A DNA stretch of 64,000 bases from contig NC_092674.1 in the NCBI RefSeq assembly GCF_964355755.1, positions 4,030,001-4,094,000 of the forward strand. The letters are read 5' to 3'. The notes under the pieces were generated by a model. That model searched no databases. It saw nothing but the letters and a program-made list of their open reading frames with translations, and had not been told where the DNA came from. Each line of letters starts with the position of its first letter. Position 1 is the stretch's first letter. A program made the position numbers and the translations under genes. Of the stretch, positions 12,760 to 27,523 are shown one piece after another. The stretch comes from Antedon mediterranea. Its lineage: Eukaryota > Animalia > Echinodermata.

Positions 12760-15345
12760 AGATTCATATTGACTAAACATTCATTTTTTAAATTTAAATA
12801 AACTGTTTACAAAAATTATACGAAAATAATTTTCTGATCAGTCTCATTATTGTACATCTCAAAGGTGTTTCCACGTAAAGTTTTTTTAGCAAGTTCATAT
12901 TGACTAGGATTCATTTTTAAAATTTAAATAAACTGTATAAAAAACAATTTTCTAATCCTTTGTGATGATTATATCATCTCTCTTCTTTAATTGGTGCTCT
13001 TGTTAAGGCTTTTGGTGGAGATGGTCCTTTCCTTTCTATATAATTGTGATAGACTTTAGAGTAGCTGCTGTTAATTCTTTAGTTTCATCACCTACAATTT
13101 TAGGCTCAAGCTTCCAGTACGCTTTCTCGAAATTTGCTTTAATTTTCCTAATCAATCTTATTATTGTACATCTCAAAGGTGTTTCCACATAAAGTTTTTT
13201 TAGCAAGTTCATATTGACTAAGATTCATTTTTAAAATTTAAATAAACTGTATAAAAAACAATTTTCTAATCAATCTCATTATTGTACATCTCAAAGGTGT
13301 TTCCACATGAAGTATTTTTAGCAAGTTCTCAACGTTTCTAGAGGTAATTACATTTATTAGCTTAAGGCCTGGCCATTTTTTCATAGTATTTCGAGAATAT
13401 CATGTATATAACAGGTATTAAAAGCCTATATTATTAAATAACAGCATAAAATGCAACCTGAACTTGTATTATTACAAATTAAATTTTAATATGCGGAGAC
13501 AGGGAAACAATTTTGCTTAAATGTCATGGGGTATAAATTCACAATTTTAAAAACAAAATGCTGCACAGTCTACAATATTTTTTTACATTTGAAACTATAC
13601 TATAGAAACCCAAATGTCATGATTTTCAGCAAAATATTATATATCTAGCAATATTTTTAGCAAGTTCTCAACGTTTCTAGAGGTAATTACATTTTTTTAG
13701 CTTAAGGCCTGGCCATTTTTTCATAGTATTTCGAGAAGATTGTGTTTGTGATGACCATTGCGATTGATAGAGCCTTGTATACCACACCATGGAGGAAAAG
13801 ATAATTTTTGTCATCCATGATCACACCCATAATTATTTCTACTGATTTTCATGATCTGGGATACAGTAGAAAAGGGATTATTTACTACTTGCATTGTAGA
13901 TTTGGATACTTTTTTCTGATATCGTCAATTTTCTGGCGAAAAATTGTCAGTCAGTAAATTGTAATATTGTATTCAATATTTTTTATGTTCATTTACTAAG
14001 ATTCATTTTTTAAATTTAAATAAACTGTAAAAAACTATTAAAAAAATAGTATTTCTTTTTCTGATATCATCAATTTTCTGGGGAAAAATTAGAGTTAAGA
14101 TATAGTTATGACTACATACATGACACTACTTGTTTTATAGCACGTAGAAAATAATAATTTCATTGAAATTTTCCATCGTAGGCTCTGCATAACATCATGC
14201 GTCAAATTCTATCAGTATGAATGCTGTTGGATTAAATCTTCAACACTCTATCATAATTAATTCACACTTTACACATTCAAGATTAAATGCATTTATTTTG
14301 ATCTCAACTATACTAACCATGTACAGCATACATAACATACTATGGTATATTTTATAATATAGATACAACTATTGATTATAGTTTTTTACAATATTCAATA
14401 AAAAAATTGTACATTATTAAAAGTAACTAACAACATAAGAATAACTGTTCAGAATAAATACAATAAATTAATGTTCTGATTTATAATTTTAATTATAGAC
14501 AATTTACAATTAAAATACCATTTACATTATTTATTTAAAAAATGGGAAGAACATTTAAAAATACTGTATAGGTTTAATATCATATCCACTATAATAACTA
14601 CATGCATTTTCTTCTTTCTTTCTTTCTCTCTTTTTATTTACCCATAAATATAAATTATAAATATTATAACATACGAAAAGAATAAGTATATCAAGGGCTA
14701 AAAAATAGTTAAAACTAACAAAGTTCAGTCCTAAACTCTTCCTCATCTCTCCCTCTCCCCCACATAGTACAGTAAACCTCTAAGATGCAAACTACTTTTA
14801 ATGAATGACTAGGTACAGGAAAAATAAAATAAGGAGTTTTTTTTTTTTGGCAAACTATACATATATCAAAATATTAAAACATGTATTCGATATAAAATGC
14901 AATATTAATTAAAGTAAGTAAAAAGAACATTCATAAACTTGGCAAGTTTTAATAATTACATTATTTTACAGCAAAACTTAATTTGTAAAAAAAAATAATC
15001 TAGAGTTCCTAAAATACTAGGTAATTTAATAATAAATAGAAATGATTTAGCTAAATTGTATAAAATTACAAAATATAGAATAATAGGTAATCACTGAGTA
15101 TATAACAGAGGTATTAAAAGTCTATATTATTAAATAACAGCATAAAATACAACCTGAACTTGTATTATTACAAATTAAATTTTAATATGTGGAGACAGGG
15201 AAACAATTTTGCTTAAATGTCATGGGGTATAAATTCACAATTTTTAAAACAAAATGCTGCAGTCTACAATATTTGTTTACATTTGAAACTATACTATAGA
15301 AACCCAAATGTCACGATTTTCAGCAAAATATTATATATCTAGCAA
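12760..15345. repeat. Locally duplicated AT-rich segments
   Basis: ATTGTACATCTCAAAGGTGTTTCCAC unit at about 12848, 13162 and 13280; 13315-13397 repeated at 13654-13737; 13405-13652 repeated at 15098-15345. Confidence 0.75.
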
Positions 15346-16519
15346 TAACCATTTGTTGAAATCACAACCATGAATTTATATTTACAGTACTAAACATTCA
15401 TATAGGGGATTTGGCCATGTCACTTTATACTGTAGTATAAACGGTATTTTAGGCTTAAAAAGGGCCTTAAGTACGTCATTACAATACACTCTTGGGAATC
15501 ATACTGGACCTCACAACTATGTTTTTTTTGTTGCATTATATATCCTACTGTATGTGATCAACTACACATGGTTTAATACTGAGGGTTTAATTTGGGTCAA
15601 AACACTATTATACACTACATTATAGTAGCAGTAGGATATAAACTATCCGTCTATATGCATTAAAGTAGTTAGCCCTACAGCAGAATGATATATGATCTAT
15701 ACACTAATGTAAATTATCGATTATTTTGACTTCATTTATGACAGAAAGTCACAGAAAGTCTTTCATTTGGGCTTGAATATTTTGTTTTAATTTCAATCTT
15801 TTGTGTGTGTAAGTTTGGGAAATTGGTGACTTGGGAGGTCTTTTGAAATATTTGATGGGTTGAATTTGTTAATTTGTTTGTCATGATTCTGCCTTATTAT
15901 TTTATCATTGCAGGAATATAAGACATATTTTAAAATTAGTGTTGCTATTGATATTCCCCTTTGACCTTAAAATAAGAATAAGATTATATCAATAGTTCCA
16001 TAATCTACATCCATACCCTATAAATCGGGTTTTCATATTCTCCATACTGTATCAAACATCAGTGTACTAAATTTGTTCATTGGAACCCCCGAGCTCTACT
16101 ATATTAATTAAATTATTATAGTGTGAATCTGAATTATTCATGAGTCAATAGAGTTTTATGATCTAGTTTCCCTGTTGTGTTGTGATAAAAACCCTTGCAA
16201 CATTTGCTGTACAAATTTTTTCATAAGGTAGTTTTTATCCCTGGAGAAATTAGATGATGATTCACCCTGCTTTATTTAATGCGTATGGGTTGTTTTATAG
16301 CCATTCCTCATAGAGAGATTTCTAAAAATGGCACATTTGATGTTAATCGTAAACAAATGTAATTGGAAAGATATACTGTAGAAGTGTTTTGCATACCTTT
16401 TTTTGGATTTGGGCCTGCGGAACCCAAACTCTAAATTTGGCACCATATTATGTTTTGAAAATTCAAAATTTTAAATTCTTTAATCATCCTACACGGGGCA
16501 ATTCAAATTACTACAAATT

Positions 16520-16628
16520 GTTCCAAACTGTATATTTGTCACCCAAACTGTACATTTGTCACCAAAACTGTACATTTGTCACCAAGACCCTACATTTGTC
16601 ACCCAAGACCCAACATTTGTCCACCCAA
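16520..16628 (+). repeat. About 20-bp tandem repeat (CAAACTGTACATTTGTCACC) just downstream of the LHFPL6 stop
   Basis: About 5 copies. Confidence 0.8.
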
Positions 16629-16715
16629 GTGATTTTCACAAGGTTGTCATAGCTTGTACCCCCTTGCATCAATTTGTCACAAGGTCGTAGTAGCCTGACC
16701 CCCTTGCTGTGTGTG

Positions 16716-17317
16716 TCATAAGGCATACGTTGTGTAGTGTCCTGTTTTTGTTTTTCCTGCTTTGTATGACAGTGCTGAGCAAATGAAAGTGACGCCGCAT
16801 CCGGCCATTGTCACGTAGTAAGCCCAATCAATACTGCATGTTCCTAAAAAATAAATTTATATACAGTACATGTAGGTAATGTATCGGTACTGTATCTAAA
16901 TTTGTCCAGTATCAGGCAAATTCTGCGATACAGCATTACATATTATGATAGACCCTAACATTACCCAAACATTCCATGATACAGGCACCAAATGTGATAC
17001 ACATGAGTACCTGTATTATGGAATTCGCCTATGACAGTGGACAAATGGAGATACAGCACTGTCTATGATAATAATAATTATAATTGACCAATATCTTTAT
17101 CTCTTTTTCAGAGGAATGTAAACGGCATGTGTTTTGTCCAGGACAGAAGCAATCAAAGTAGGTACTTATAAATTTGTTAAATAATTTAATTTACCTAATG
17201 AGTATTCCTCAGAGGTAAAGCCACAGGCGGCTTTGACGTGCCGATGACTCCAGCCATTTGGATAGATGCCACAACCAGTTGCAATAAACAAAGCTGTAAA
17301 TTAAAATATAAAACTTC

Positions 17318-17368
<51 letters not shown>

Positions 17369-18199
17369 TTTAGGTATTTGTATAGCGCCAGAATCAACTA
17401 AACCAAAGTAAAAATCAAAGGCGCTTATATTGGATGTTAAAAAGATGCGTTTTAAGTTCTTTTTTAAAAATAGCAATAGAAGTTGAATGAGTAACAGTTA
17501 GTTTTAAAAAAGCTATTGAGTGTCATATGACTAGAACCAAGACATTTGGTTATCAACTCTTCATATGGACAATTCCACATTTATCAAACTACAATACAAT
17601 ACTACAGTACAAAAAAATATTAACTTAAATGAGATAGAACATATTAATAAGGATTATCATTTCAATATTTTTTTTTTATTGCAATGAGTTGGTTTCAATT
17701 TAAAGTTTGAGTCAGTTACTGACTACCCAATAATGCATGCTAATTGCATGTTACCAAGTAGAGAAAATGTAGTGTACTGCAGTAATTGCAGTTGAATCAT
17801 TTTTACATGATCCTTACCTGCAAAGAATTGGATGAGACCAGTGAAACGACCAATCCTCTTGGATAAAATGTCTTTAATAAGACAAGCAAACAATCCAATG
17901 AACGAAACCAGCATTGCCAACCCACAACCAACACCGACAGTTATCGTACAAACACGCCACGAGTTACTAGGAATATCGGAAAACATTAAGTATCTACCGC
18001 ATTCTTCAATAAACATTCCGTTTGACGGGTAGTTGCATCTACGAAAGATGCCAAAGTTCACTGTATAGTTTTGTTGGTTGAATGTCATCTGACCTCTGAT
18101 CCAATATGGCATGTAGAAGCCAATGCATGCGAGGCACATACCGCAGAATGATAGCAGTGACCAGATGACCCCGCTGCAGGTCAAGCTCCCAGTAACCAT
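16716..18199 (-). CDS. LHFPL6: LHFPL tetraspan subfamily member 6-like. Exons 18199-17818, 17293-17195, 16843-16716 (alternative in-frame ATG at 18229)
   Basis: Translation MVTGSLTCSGVIWSLLS...GFYMPYW...FGIFRRC...EECGRY...IPS..WRVC / LFIATGCGIYPNGW...CG / GTCSIDWAYY...* parallels vertebrate LHFPL6; phase-1 GT-AG introns. Confidence 0.92.
17318..17496 (-). mobile_element. L2-clade LINE 3' end with (ATT)n tail
   Basis: Minus strand encodes SIAIFKKELKTHLF, then AAGCGCC...GGCGCTATACAAA stem-loop and a long (ATT)n. Confidence 0.75.
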
Positions 18200-20159
18200 G
18201 TTGCTCTTTTTATCTTGATAGTCTCTCATCAGTGACAAAGGTTATTACTTCTAGACTCATGTAATCAATTCTTAAACTGAAATCACAAGTGATAGGTCGC
18301 ACTCGGTAACAGACACGCAACAATTTTTAACCTGTAAAATGAAAAAATCAATATTTAGGTTATGTATAGTACATAGCTTGCTCATTCTAATAGTCCATTT
18401 CATTTGGAATCTTAAAAACGCTGTAGTAGTAGGCCTACCAAAGAATGTTATAAACCACTCTACCTTTATTTGGTTCTATTTATTTAATTATTGTACAATA
18501 ACCTCATTGTTATGTTTTTTCTATTTTGTTAGTGGTCTCTGCTTAAAGTCTATTTCTAGACTTATTTTGACCACCATCCACATTTATATATATATACTTA
18601 ATGAGTTATAAAGAAATATATGTATTATTTGTGGAAAATCACTAAACAACAAGAGGTCTAACTATACCAAGCAGAAATAGTTTAAGTTCGAGACATGTTT
18701 TTGCCACATACTTCTCTCACTTATCTTAAAATACATCATATTTCACATTATGATTATCTGATGGTCAAGACACAGAACACAAGTGCAAAAAATGACATTT
18801 TCCCATTGCTAGTAGCATACTATGGCCTAATTATTTAAAAAAAATTATTCCACTTCTACGTACTATGCCCTAAATTTTTTAGATCTATTTTAAGATCACA
18901 AACTATATTTAATGTAAAAATAATACTATATGGTCTATTGCGATAAATTTTTCATCTTTAAATAATGGTTAAAAATGTGAAAAATAAGTCGATTCTAATA
19001 ATTATAGCGGCCCGCTATAAATCTCAAAATGCATAGGGCGCGGATTGATATTTCTGCTTTTCTTCTGTAATTAACCCACTTTTTGATCGATCGCGAGGCC
19101 AAAACAAATGGAAGACTCCTAACTTTTCAGCGAAAATACCAGGTTTTCCCCAATTTGTATCAACGGAGTCTGGCAAAAATAGAAAGACAATTAATGCAGC
19201 AACTATACAACGTCAGGCTAGGTATATAGCTAGCGTACGATGTTCGTACGTTACCGATGTTTACCAGCTAGGCCTACAAAACTAAGCCTAGCTAGGCTAG
19301 GCCTAAAGACCGTCCACGAGACGTCAGTCGCCGCGAGCTACTTAGGTAGTGCATTGTTTCTCACTTTTTATCATAATTTACCATAAAACGTACATTTAAG
19401 ACAAGGAATGACCTGGTTTAATGTTTTGAAAGTAATGCATATGTATTATTTTTACAAAACGTCACAAATTGTAGGGAAGGGGTCCTAAAGCTTTGCATTG
19501 AGTAATACATTTCACGAAGACAAGTACAAATGACAATGAGGTTCAAGAGAAATATTGTGATTCACAAAATTATACTACAGTACATGTTATCGCCTAAATC
19601 ACTACTACTACACAATTACACCATTGTAAATTTCATCGTATTGATATTGAGCTTTACCATCAGATAAAAACATTTATAAACACGTCTTTATCCTCATTGG
19701 TCATCTTGAGTACCTTTCGCAAATGATTGGTCGGTTGAGATTGTGTTTTTCATTTCTCATGGACAGGCACTTAACCTTATGATTCAATATGTGCCTAGCC
19801 AGCCATTTCATGTGCACACACAGTAAATGGCTGTTTATAGATTTTACTTGTTCAAATACAATTGAGCACAAAACAGTACACTTGAGTAAACATGTACAAT
19901 TTGGTCTCTTTTGAGAATAAAACAAACTGTTTTTAGATTTTACAGTCAAACAATGGTTTTATTGATTATTTTGTATTGATGCCAAAAAATAATATTGTAT
20001 GTGTACATTGTTAGTAAGCCACAAAATCACAAAAATATGTCATAGAATATAACATTAAACCTAGACAGTGTTAACAAGGTGTTAACACCAAGTGCACTAT
20101 CAACAATATGGTGTTAAAACCAATATGCATTATAGGTTGTACAAAAATTGCACCACAAA

Positions 20160-20372
20160 TGAATGTTAACACAATAAGTAAGATAGTGTTAACACAATAA
20201 ATACAATGTTAACACAATAAGATAGTGTTTAACACAATAAATAAGATAGTGTTAACACAATAAGTAAGATAGTGTTTTTAAACACAATAAGTAATTAGAT
20301 AGCTATTAACACAGTAAGTAGGAATAGGATAGCTATTAACACAATAAGTAAGATACAGCTATTTAACCCAAT
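20160..20372 (+). repeat. Minisatellite (about 25 bp TAAGATAGTGTTAACACAATAAG)
   Basis: About 8 degenerate copies; resumes at about 20568-20602. Confidence 0.8.
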
Positions 20373-20410
20373 ATGTTAGGTAGCTTACTTGGGCTCGAAT
20401 TTAACCCCTA

Positions 20411-20505
20411 GCCATCATCGCAAGCTCGGTATGAACGCCAGGCTAGTGATCTGGAGGTCGTGGGTTTGAGTCCCACACGAGAATTACTTGCATATTTTTT
20501 TTCGC
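20411..20505 (+). mobile_element. tRNA-like SINE head or tRNA pseudogene
   Basis: CCAGG-CTAGTGA-TCTGG anticodon-like arm and GTGGGTTTGAGTCCCAC T-arm; acceptor stem not convincing. Confidence 0.45.
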
Positions 20506-21047
20506 AAGTATTCTCAATGTACTTTTTGAAGTACAATTTACGTCAGAGTAGGGCAAAACATCTGACCAAGTAAGATAGCTATTTAACCTAATAAGTAAGA
20601 TACTGTAGTCTTAAATTATTAACATACAGTACTGTACCACTATCACTGGAATTGACAGGAATAATTTGTTCAACCTTCAATATGGTCTATTTATCTAAAT
20701 ACTTGACCATCTGACCTGTAAGAATAAGTTGGCATGTTCAAGTCCAATCATGTTGCTTTTGAAAAGAAGAGACATGATTGACACTGAGTTAGTATCATTG
20801 ATTCCAAATACAATTACAAGTGTTACTACCTTTTATTGATTTCATCACAATCTACTCGTACTGTTTAAATTATTTAAATGTACTTGAATTTGTCCTCACG
20901 ATGTAAATTTATTTCTAAATTCTAAAAGGTTAGAGGAATGTTGCAGCGCCCATGTGGCGGCTCTATATTGCTCTGTGCATAACAACTTCGTATCTGTTTG
21001 CAGATGGTTTTTTTCATCAAATAAGTTTTACTGGATGCTGGAATAGC

Positions 21048-21650
21048 AAATTGGTCGTATTCGCGGTAATCTTAACAAGAAAACAGCTGAATTGATTGTA
21101 CACTCATTTGTCACTTCTAAAATTGACATTGGTAATGCCTTGTTGTTTGGCATACCAAAATCTCAAATACAACGTTTGCAGCGCTTGCAAAATATGGCAG
21201 CTAGAATTGTAACTTATACAAAATCAAACGCTCACATAACTCCTGTCCTGATGGATTTGCATTGGTTGCCTGTTCAACAACGTATTAAGTACAAACTTGC
21301 GTTGTTTGTATTCAAGATCCTAAATGACAGTGCTCCTGCTTATTTATCTGACCTTGTGGATCGTTACGAATCATCCCGCAGAGGCCTACGATCATTGTCA
21401 CAAAACCTTCTTCAAGAGCGTAGAGCGAAAAATCAGTGGGGTCAGAGATCTTTTTACGTTGCGGCCGCAAGTGTATGGAACAGCTTACCAGCAACAGTTA
21501 AATGCTCAACTAGTCTAAACAGTTTCAAGACCAACCTAAAGACGTCGCTATTCGCTGATGTTCTCGCACGTTGTTAATGCACAAAGCGCCATGAGCGCCA
21601 CATGGGTGGAGGATACCGGCGCTATATAAGTTTTCATTTATTATTATAAA
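21048..21650 (+). mobile_element. L2-clade LINE, 5'-truncated (ORF2 C-terminus and 3' UTR)
   Basis: ORF 21092-21577 has LQRLQNMAAR, HITPVLMDLHWLPVQQRIKYK, RSFYVAAASVWNSLP, FKTNLKTSLF; 3' tail AAAGCGCC...GGCGCTATATAAG(ATT)n. Confidence 0.92.
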
Positions 21651-23094
21651 TTATACCAAAGTCAAGGAAATTACAACAAACAAATACAATTTTTTTTCTG
21701 GTATTTTGAAATTTTCCAAGCACTAAAGCATAATTTAATAAAAAGATTATAATAAACTATAATAATCTACTAAAATTGTACATATCCAAACTTGAAAACA
21801 GAAAACAAAACATGTTGATTAAACAAACAGAAATAGTTATTGGTTGTTTTTAAGTGCTGTCGGAGACAGCTGTACATAGAGTTTTTAAAATGCTAATTAT
21901 CAATTATTATTTTCTTATTGAACGTGTGGTTTCTAAAAATACATTTGAAATTAATTGATTGTAAATTACAGAAAAGCACTTAGAGACATTCTCTGATTAT
22001 AAATGAAATAAATTTTAAATGTAAATATGTTATATAATATTAAATTTTTGATTTTTCATTGATAAAATAAAAAAAAACTATTAGTATTATATAACATGAT
22101 TTGGTTTTGGGTCAAAGTCAAAGTAATGTCAGAGTAACATGTCTGTATGTATGTCTAGGCATTTTTTATATCAATGAAAGACTAATGCACCTTTAGGCCT
22201 TTTTTTAAATTTTAGAAAAATAAACAATTAATAATTATTCAACCCAACCTGTAATGATTTAGGTATGAGACTGGGTAAAAAATTAGGGTTGAATTGGGAT
22301 GGTATACTGTATAGCACTGTGGATTTACCAAAGTCTTATAATTAGCCTTAGCCTTATCATATTTAAGCATATGGGCACATGACACTTTTTTTGTCAAAAT
22401 AGTTTGATAGTGTAGATTATACTCAGATTAGTGTATTCAGTGGTGTTCAAATTAGACTATTATTACTTATTAGGGGATTTTTTGGATTATACTAAATCAA
22501 GTGATTATCTTGGTCATAGAATTAGTAATAGATATTAATAATATAAAATAATAATAATTATAATAATATAATTTGAAATACAAATTTTGTATTCAGTATA
22601 ACTATAATTTGATATATATCTTATGTTAGCTATCTTTATATATCAACACTGAAAAGGAATTGTCAGTCAGTAATTGGTCGAAAAAATACATGTGACCAAA
22701 TGGCGCCTGTAGCTGGGATCATGGAGGTAGCACAAACAAAAACAGCTGCCTACAGTAGTACAACACTAACAAACGCTCCGTAGGAATCACCACGGGTATC
22801 TACCAACAAAAATGCAACAACCAAACTATCTCAACTTCGACCTTGCGAGAGTAATACTAATAATTGAAATATACAGTGTTTGGTTTACCATTGCGGTTTC
22901 ATCGGTAATAGATATTTAAAATAATTGTATTTCTTGAATAAAATTGATAAATAACCTATAACCTTATAACATATAATAAATTCTTTCTGTTTTAATATGA
23001 CTCCCATTTTTTCAATTGTACTATGTAAAGTACAAACTCCATGTTTTTATACCAACCAAATCACCACTAACGAAGTATACTAATGGCTCTTTGG

Positions 23095-23360
23095 CCATAA
23101 CAAAAATAAGAATAAGACTGACATTTGCTGGACACTGTCTTCGCAATAAAGAAGAGATCATTGCAGATGTTCTGCTGTGGCAGCCAAAACATGGGCTTGC
23201 AAAACAAGGACGACCAGCACTCGCATACATTGATGTACTAGCTAGATGTGGATACTGGTATGCAAAGAGATGGACTGGCTGTCACAATAGCAGATAGGAT
23301 AGGAGGTATGGATGAATCTAGTCAAGTTTGAGTATGTCCCGGACTAAGTAAGTAAGTAAA
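23095..23360 (+). mobile_element. RTE-clade LINE 3' fragment
   Basis: RLTFAGHCLR...VLLWQPKHG...GRPALAYID motif, then frameshifted remnant and (AAGT)n tail. Confidence 0.8.
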
Positions 23361-25605
23361 TCACCACCACTGATTGAAGAAGGGAGTAATGAGGATTCTA
23401 TTCCAAAATTCATTTTGGCATTTTAAAACAATAAGATTTAAGAAAATACTTAAATCAGGGAGTTATCATACCTCCCTACTTCTTATACAGTATGCCTATT
23501 TATTATAGTAGACGTACTATTATTAAATTAATAAAATACCTCACAAAGACCGCGTGGAGTTTGTGATATAACTGACATAACGTAATTTAGACATATACAG
23601 ATTTAAACTGAATAGAAAATATACTAAAATGTAGTAGTTTTGCAATAATATCATGACATTATGCAACCTTGACATTCGCGGGTACATGAATATTAGGATC
23701 GGAGGGGTGTTTACGCTGGATCACGATTCGGCCCTGCCTCAATTTATTTTGTTGGGTCGGTTACCCATCTCAACCAGTATCGCACACGTTGCAAAATGTA
23801 TGCCAGTTTAAAACTGTTGCCATGAACATGATACAGAATATAAATTAGTTTATAACCTAGCTATTTAACTTACTCATGTTGTCTTCATGTTTATTTTTCA
23901 AATCGTTGTTGTCAATTCACATCACGGAATTTTTAAAGAGGAAGGCCGCCGCCGAGGAGGATCACATTCACATAGTGTGAACTTAGCCTCGCATGATAGT
24001 TGAGGGCAGTATTTAATTCTATAAACTTTGGGTTTAAACGAAATTGTGAAAACCGAAAAGTCGCGATTTTCAGGACCTTTGAATTTATTTGTATAACTCA
24101 TCTTCTGCCTCTGACAAATTTCATAACTCTTTTTTCACCCAGCATTTTAAAATCTTTCTCTAAACCTTGTTTACCGTATCGTTTACCTTTGACAGATTCT
24201 CTTTCATTTTTAGAAAATATTTTGTATGACAGGATCCTTTTTCAAATTTAAATGTCAGTGAATCAATCTAGGAATAGACCAAATTATATAAAATAATAAT
24301 TAACTGATCAACATTGCCATCACAAAGTTGATAATGATTATGTTTATTATTATGATTTAGATAATTTATTAATGCTGCAAGGAGTGTTGCATGATCGTAC
24401 CCCTTTTAAATGTCAAAATAATTAGGCCTTTTCAAAATAAAATTACATTTATAGATAGACCTAAACACTCGTATTGACTAGAGGCCGGCGAGAACGGAGA
24501 AACAGTGATAATGCGCTAATTGTTGCAGCATTGGAATATACGTTTATAAAATTGATAAGACATTGATTTCTCAGTAAAGTACTCGGTATCATCAGCGTTC
24601 GATCCTGAATCTTTGTTTTTCTTTTAATAATATTAGCAATGATATTGCATATTGTGCACTAGTAGCCTATATCTGAAGTGTAATCAATTGTAGCTGTGCA
24701 TTACGGTGGCCTTGAGCTGCCTTCTCTAATTATTACAGTATTTTTGAAAAATGGTCGCCATAACACGGCTCAGAAATACATACAAAGACATACCCAATAT
24801 TTTATTAAGTAATAAATTAAATGAATTCTCGCCACCACCGCGGCCAAGATCTGGCGTGTTAAATTTGTGTGGGATTCTGGGGACACGCGACTTTCGTTGT
24901 ACAGTAGGCCTACCGTATTAGAGAAAGTTGAAACTGTATCAAATGGTGAAGATATAGGCTATATACAGATATTTCCGTCCCCCAAACCCATTTCACCCGT
25001 GTGTATCCGGCCCAGGCGTCTATTAATGGTAATTGCCTGATAGCAGAAAAGTTATTGAAATATAAGCTATGATCATAATTTTAATAATTATAATCGAACA
25101 AAATTATAGAATAATACAAAGAAACAAACAAAATGAGATATTCCAACTGAGAGCTGTTTATTAAATACTAATGAGATATCGAATAATATATGCTTAACGA
25201 ACTTCCGTTTTGAAAGAAATAATTATGTGATAATTGCCGGAATTCTTCACTAAAATCCAATAACGCTCTGCTAGTAGAATTCCTCAATCCTCTAGATTAA
25301 CATAACAATAGCAAATAAGATAATGACAGTGATAATAAAATGACAGCGAGTTATCTCTTATAATCTTGCTTGTTTTAGAGACAGAATTTTCCTGAACAGA
25401 GCAATCGGTTCTCTAACCTCGCTTTCATCTCCATCCAAAGTGCAAATTACGACATCACATCAACCATTCACATTTATATTAAAATTAATCATGATAAATA
25501 ATCATGTTTAGGCCAAGGGATGATGAAACGCCCACCTGAATTAAATGTCAACCGCTGCTGTCATTCCGAAACCGACTCATTTAAGATGCGAAATTCCTTT
25601 TATTT

Positions 25606-26310
25606 GCACACATTTTAAAACTAATGTTTCAATCAACATTTACCGTATTTATAATTTAGTTGATTGCAGATATGTGACCATATTCACTAAAACAAATAAA
25701 CGCCTCCATCGAATACTATAGGCCTAATACTGTACTAATTAAAAAGCCTCCCGAACAATAATCGCCCCGGTGTGGTTATTCGAATAAATACGGTATTTAT
25801 TTCTAATCAATATTCATATATCAAATCATAAATGTATATATTGAATTCATATTTACTGTTTTCAGAAGGTTTGATGTAGGGGCTATCTTACGAATAACGA
25901 GGCATCGCTAAAAGTGAAAGACTTTGATATCATCAAAGTTATCTTGGTCTCATGAGCACCGGTCTTTTATGTGCACATATTTTAAAACTAATCATCAACA
26001 ATTAACATTTACCGTATTTATAATTTATTTGATTATACATGTTATGTTACCATATTCACAAACAAAAAACGCCTCCCTTGAATAATATAGGCCTAAACTC
26101 CCCTTAAAAACCCTCCCGCCGAACAATAATAATACAGTAATACAATAAATACAGTATTTATATAGTAAATATTTCTATTTATTTATCAATGTATATTGAA
26201 CTCACACATTGCTGTTATCATGTTTGATGTAGGGGCTATTCATGAATAAAAACCCTACCTCGCTAAAAGCGAAAGATTGTATCACCAAAGTTATCTTGGT
26301 CTCATGAGAA
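25606..26310. repeat. Old tandem duplication of about 350 bp (25606-25956 vs 25972-26308) downstream of FAM43A
   Basis: Shared blocks AACATTTACCGTATTTATAATTTA, GTTTGATGTAGGGGCTAT, AAAGTTATCTTGGTCTCATGAG in the same order. Confidence 0.75.
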
Positions 26311-26773
26311 CCTCAAATATATACAATCAAAATAAACATCGATAACAAGCAATAATACAACCACACTTCTTCTTCCAGCAGCTCGCATACGATAGGCCTA
26401 CTGAGTTTAGTTCAACCAATGAGGAAATAGTATATATTTGCTCCATGGTTCAACATTATTTAGAACGATTCAAGTATGTAATAAAACACAGATTGTTCAT
26501 TTCTTTAGTCACATTGAGGGGGCGTATTGTTTATTTCAAATTTATATATTTTTTTGTAAACTGTAAAACATTAATGTTAAGCGTGGATTGCAGTTTACGA
26601 CGTCAATATTAACATGTAAATGACAACATATTGTACACTATATAACCCAAGAAGATTGTCATACATAAAAATCGAAATAATAAAAAATTGTCAGAAATAT
26701 TTACATATTAATGTTGTTTGTCGACGTACAAATTATATCATTTTGATCGTAAAAACGTTTGTTCATTGAAAAT

Positions 26774-27523
26774 TCATAAAATGTCTTTATTTTCTTCGTC
26801 TAAACTTCCAAAGATTCCAAAATCTAGTTTTGGATCATCTTGACCTGAAGTGTCCGAGCCAGAGTCATTAGTATCAATGTTATTTTCTAATTCTTCCTCC
26901 TCTTCGCATAAAGAGTCAAGTTTCGGGGCGTTTCGAGTCTTTTCAATCGGTGGTAAAAAATGCGAGCGCGTATTTAAGCGCCGTCTTAAAGGTACGGACG
27001 GGAGGTATGACGTAATGCTACTGTTGATTTGTTCCGTTATCCGTTCTTGGTCGCGTTTTTCACGTTTATAATCTGCAAATGACGAGTTACAATTTTGGTT
27101 GACAACGTTATATATCTCCTGCGCTTGTTCTGGTTTGCTGCACACAGCTGCGTGTACTCGTAGCTCCACCTGTTTGTGTTTGCGTTCGTGACGATACACC
27201 CAACAAAATATTACCTTACGGTTTAAATCAACGCATCTAAAAGGTATTCTATTGATTTGGTATAGTTGCGTCATTGGTTTTCGGTCTCTATTTAACCCTT
27301 GTAGTTTCAATCCCGTTGTAGAAATTGTTAATTTTATCTTCGCTGAGTTCTTACCTTGGTTTGTTTTCTTCCATAGTTTTTGTACTTCGTTCTCAGTGCA
27401 GCCCTCGCCTTTTCCTAACAATGTCCGTACGTTACCAAGATAACGTATATTGTACGTTGGATCAGCCGGTGTTACGGTAAACTGTTGTTTTTTACGTTTG
27501 AACACATTCACCATCACTTCCAT
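26774..27523 (-). CDS. FAM43A: FAM43A/B-like PTB (PID) domain protein, single coding exon
   Basis: DPTYNIRYLGNVRT...KGEGCTE..VQKLW, IFCWVYRHE.KHKQVELRVHAAVC; acidic C-terminus (LDSLCEEEEE); first ATG at 27523. Confidence 0.88.
   Translation of the reverse strand: MEVMVNVFKRKKQQFTVTPADPTYNIRYLGNVRTLLGKGEGCTENEVQKLWKKTNQGKNSAKIKLTISTTGLKLQGLNRDRKPMTQLYQINRIPFRCVDLNRKVIFCWVYRHERKHKQVELRVHAAVCSKPEQAQEIYNVVNQNCNSSFADYKREKRDQERITEQINSSITSYLPSVPLRRRLNTRSHFLPPIEKTRNAPKLDSLCEEEEELENNIDTNDSGSDTSGQDDPKLDFGIFGSLDEENKDIL

Noticed and set aside
18640-19350. CpG-richer block upstream of the LHFPL6 coding exon
   Set aside because: Could be a promoter or a transposon remnant; no termini or diagnostic motifs could be established
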